Assembly (NCBI RefSeq): GCF_006345805.1
Contig: NW_021824695.1
Location: 1 to 36,308, forward strand
Direction of reading: 5' to 3'
Source of the DNA: Octopus sinensis
Taxonomy: Eukaryota
Length of the DNA: 36,308 nt
The position numbers were made by a program, and so were the translations under genes. This document shows positions 33,694 through 36,308 of this stretch, one piece after another; the first letter of the stretch is position 1; the number at the start of each line of letters is the position of its first letter. Below the pieces are notes generated by a model. It saw nothing but the letters and a program-made list of their open reading frames with translations. It had not been told where the DNA came from and made no database searches.

Positions 33694-34544
33694 CCGTAGA
33701 AGCACACACGAAGCCATTTTATACTACCTCGATCATTTTTGTAAAAGCGAAACGTAATAAAGATAAAGCAACATCAGCCAAAACCCATATCATTTTACAA
33801 GTACCAACCCCCAAATAAATCGCATTAATTGCTATATAAGGAAAATTCTAACGCTGAGGGAGTGATGATAGTGAAAACGATGTTATTCGATACTGTGTTT
33901 ACATGATAAATGTGAAAAAGATGTTTTAACATCGATGTAAAGAAAAAGTAAAGCTACCGCCATCAAACACCCACGTACTGAAAAAAAACCCACTGTTTCA
34001 AAAATACTGCTTTCCTCTGGTTTTTAAAAGAGCCATCATTATTATAAAACATGTTGGCAAATAGAAAAAATTTGAGGGAATTTTAAATCGATTTTAGTAA
34101 CTAAGTGGCATTTTATTGTATTGATCAAGAAACAAATGAAAGGCAAAGTTGAATTTGGCTGAAAGTAAATGCAGACGTGTAGGGCAATTACGAAATGTAG
34201 CAAATAGAAAATGCTTAGAGCTTCATACTATATCCAAGATTAGTGAATTCCTCCCAGAACTTCCTTTTGCAGCCTTAGTTCGTTTTATGATATTTTTAAC
34301 CACATGCAAGTCGTAGTTAAGTCTACAGAAATTATGAAATTTCGTTTCCCTTATAACCCGAAATATACTTTTTCAAGAGAGCTGTGCCAGTCCTATCACA
34401 TTTTATAAGCCGTGTTATGTCATCAAGGGCTGTTTGGATGGATTCACTGCATTATATTCCAGTAAATATATGTTAATATCTCCGAGACATTCTTATAAAT
34501 GCAGTTGGGTCTCATAAGATGAGGAAAAGAACATGATTCCGTCG

Positions 34545-34583
34545 AAATAGATCTTATCGACGCGGCAAATAGATCTTATCGAC
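34545..34583. repeat. 17-bp perfect direct repeat flanking a 5-nt spacer
   Basis: aaatagatcttatcgac-gcggc-aaatagatcttatcgac. Confidence 0.9.
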
Positions 34584-36000
34584 TGTTTGTATATCTACAA
34601 TGTTTGTCAATGTACATCTTTATCTCAGAAACACTCCTGCGAGTACACAAACAAGTCAGCACACAACTAAAAGGTATAAAATCATTAGCTTATTGGTCAA
34701 AGAAGATAAGGGAGACAACGCAGAAATTTGATTTAGTTCAAAATATAATGCAAGTAACGAACTACTTTCTTGGATAGAATTGGTCATTATAATGATTAAT
34801 ATGATTTTATCATCTCACTGTGTGTGTAATCTTCATTAATTAAAATTTCTTGGCTCCCTATATAGTGTATGTTAACCATGACTTAACCTATTTGATTTTC
34901 ATGCGCAAAATGTGTTTGAGTATTTCCCCAAGTCCTTCTTACAAAATTCCTGGTCAGTCCATAGAAAAAGAAACATGTTTTTGAAGAATTGAGGAGGCTA
35001 TTATTACCGTTCATAAGCTCAGTACTTTTAGACAAATAAATTAGCGACAACTATGCATTTGTTGTACTTGCTGGAAAACAAGCTAACTCTCCTAAATCAC
35101 GTCCTATTTTATTAAGAATAGAGAGGGTATGTTGAATAACGTGGTTATGGATGCACTATGCTTGAAGAAAAAGACAATGGCAATAATAGGAATGCCTTTG
35201 ACTGCAGTTCTGTTCAACGAGGACTTATCTGAAGGTTAAACAACAGTATCTAATTTATTAATGAATTAGCATTCCCATTCCTATTAAAATGAACTTGTTA
35301 ATTCGTTATTTAGCTGATTGGCTAATATATTCGAAATATTTATCAGTAACCTGACATCTTAAAGACTCGAATTGCATGAAATAGCGACTATGTCTCTCAA
35401 GCCACTCCCTTCCGGCTTACATAAAGAATACAATGTAGTCTGAGATAAACACAGAGAGAGAGAGAGAGAGAAAAGAAAACTCGGGGTTGAAACGACATTT
35501 ACCGTAAGTCTTCTCGATCAGGTGTGTTGACTTGGAGCTAAACAACCCTAATTCATACCATTACTATACGAGCCAAAACAGAAGCCGTTACTCGCGGGAA
35601 ATAGTGCTACTTTTTTGTATAAAGAAAAATAAATTGTACACAATACGGTCTGGTACCCGCTTAAGTTGGTGTTGTTTAATAAAAGAATTCTTTACTCGTC
35701 TCATAAAAACTAGAGTGAGCATGTCATAAATTGGAAACTTAGAGAGTACTGGATTCATTTGACAAAAGCACAAATGCCCAGTATTTTAGAAACAGAGGAA
35801 ACATAATGCTGTAGCCTTCTTTGAAGAACATTTAGTGTAAGAGTAGTGAAATAATTTCATATGAGAACTGGGTTCACTTTAAGGACTTGACTTACCGTGA
35901 GTTTAATGGCACCTGCTCTTTTTACTTGAAATACATAACATAAAACATAGCATAAAGCGAGAAAACAACTTAGGAGTGGTAGTTGATAAAATTAGTAACT

Positions 36001-36197
36001 GTTTCAGGCACAAGATCTGAAATTTAGGAGAGAGTAATACTCAATTACGTTGATCTCAGTATTTGACAAGTACTCTATTCTAGCAACTCCGGAGTGATGA
36101 GAGGCAAAATTGACCTGGCTGGGATTCGAACTCAATGTAAAGAGCCAGAAGAAATACCGTAAGGCATTTTGTCCGACTCTCTAACATTTATGGCAAT
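36001..36197 (-). mobile_element. tRNA-derived SINE, same family as 20181-20378
   Basis: gagaggcaaaattgacctggctgggattcgaactc...aaggcattttgtccg is the degenerate reverse complement of the 20181 copy. Confidence 0.65.
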
Positions 36198-36308
36198 CTA
36201 ATAAGAGAAAAAAATTGTGATTTATACTTAAGATTGTTATAACAGATTTACCGTTATAATATTTTGCATTTCGTAAAATCAAAGGACCCACAAGTGCAAT
36301 AACAATTT

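Noticed and set aside
1-36308. CRISPR arrays, rRNA or true tRNA genes, prokaryotic operons
   Set aside because: There are no repeat-spacer arrays or rRNA motifs. The tRNA-like boxes belong to SINE heads, and the DNA is eukaryotic in character.

Overview
Eukaryotic, AT-rich, microsatellite- and SINE-rich DNA. The SINE types and the repeat landscape suggest a cephalopod such as Octopus; this is an inference. I could not support any host protein-coding gene. The dominant structure is a ~15.9 kb head-to-tail array (3730-19597, all on the minus strand) of Tx1-clade (L1-group) non-LTR retrotransposons with no host DNA between units. In transcription order the units are: A (14348-19597, full length, with one 1-nt frameshift in ORF2); B (12577-14347); C (7499-12576, full length, decayed); and D (3730-7498, 3'-broken). 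B is the most unusual object. It is a 1.77 kb ORF1-only element with a strongly diverged gag-like ORF1, no endonuclease or RT, the same 5' junction motif (ACATGTCTGAAAT), and a 46-nt 3' tail that matches C at 45/46 positions. It looks like a non-autonomous, HAL1-like partner that shares the target site of the autonomous family. The rest of the window holds a full-length dead mariner (24608-25883), a CR1-type RT fragment, an older Tx1 remnant, weak DNA-transposon remnants, several tRNA-derived SINEs, microsatellites, and a perfect 39-bp-arm palindrome at 29352-29433.
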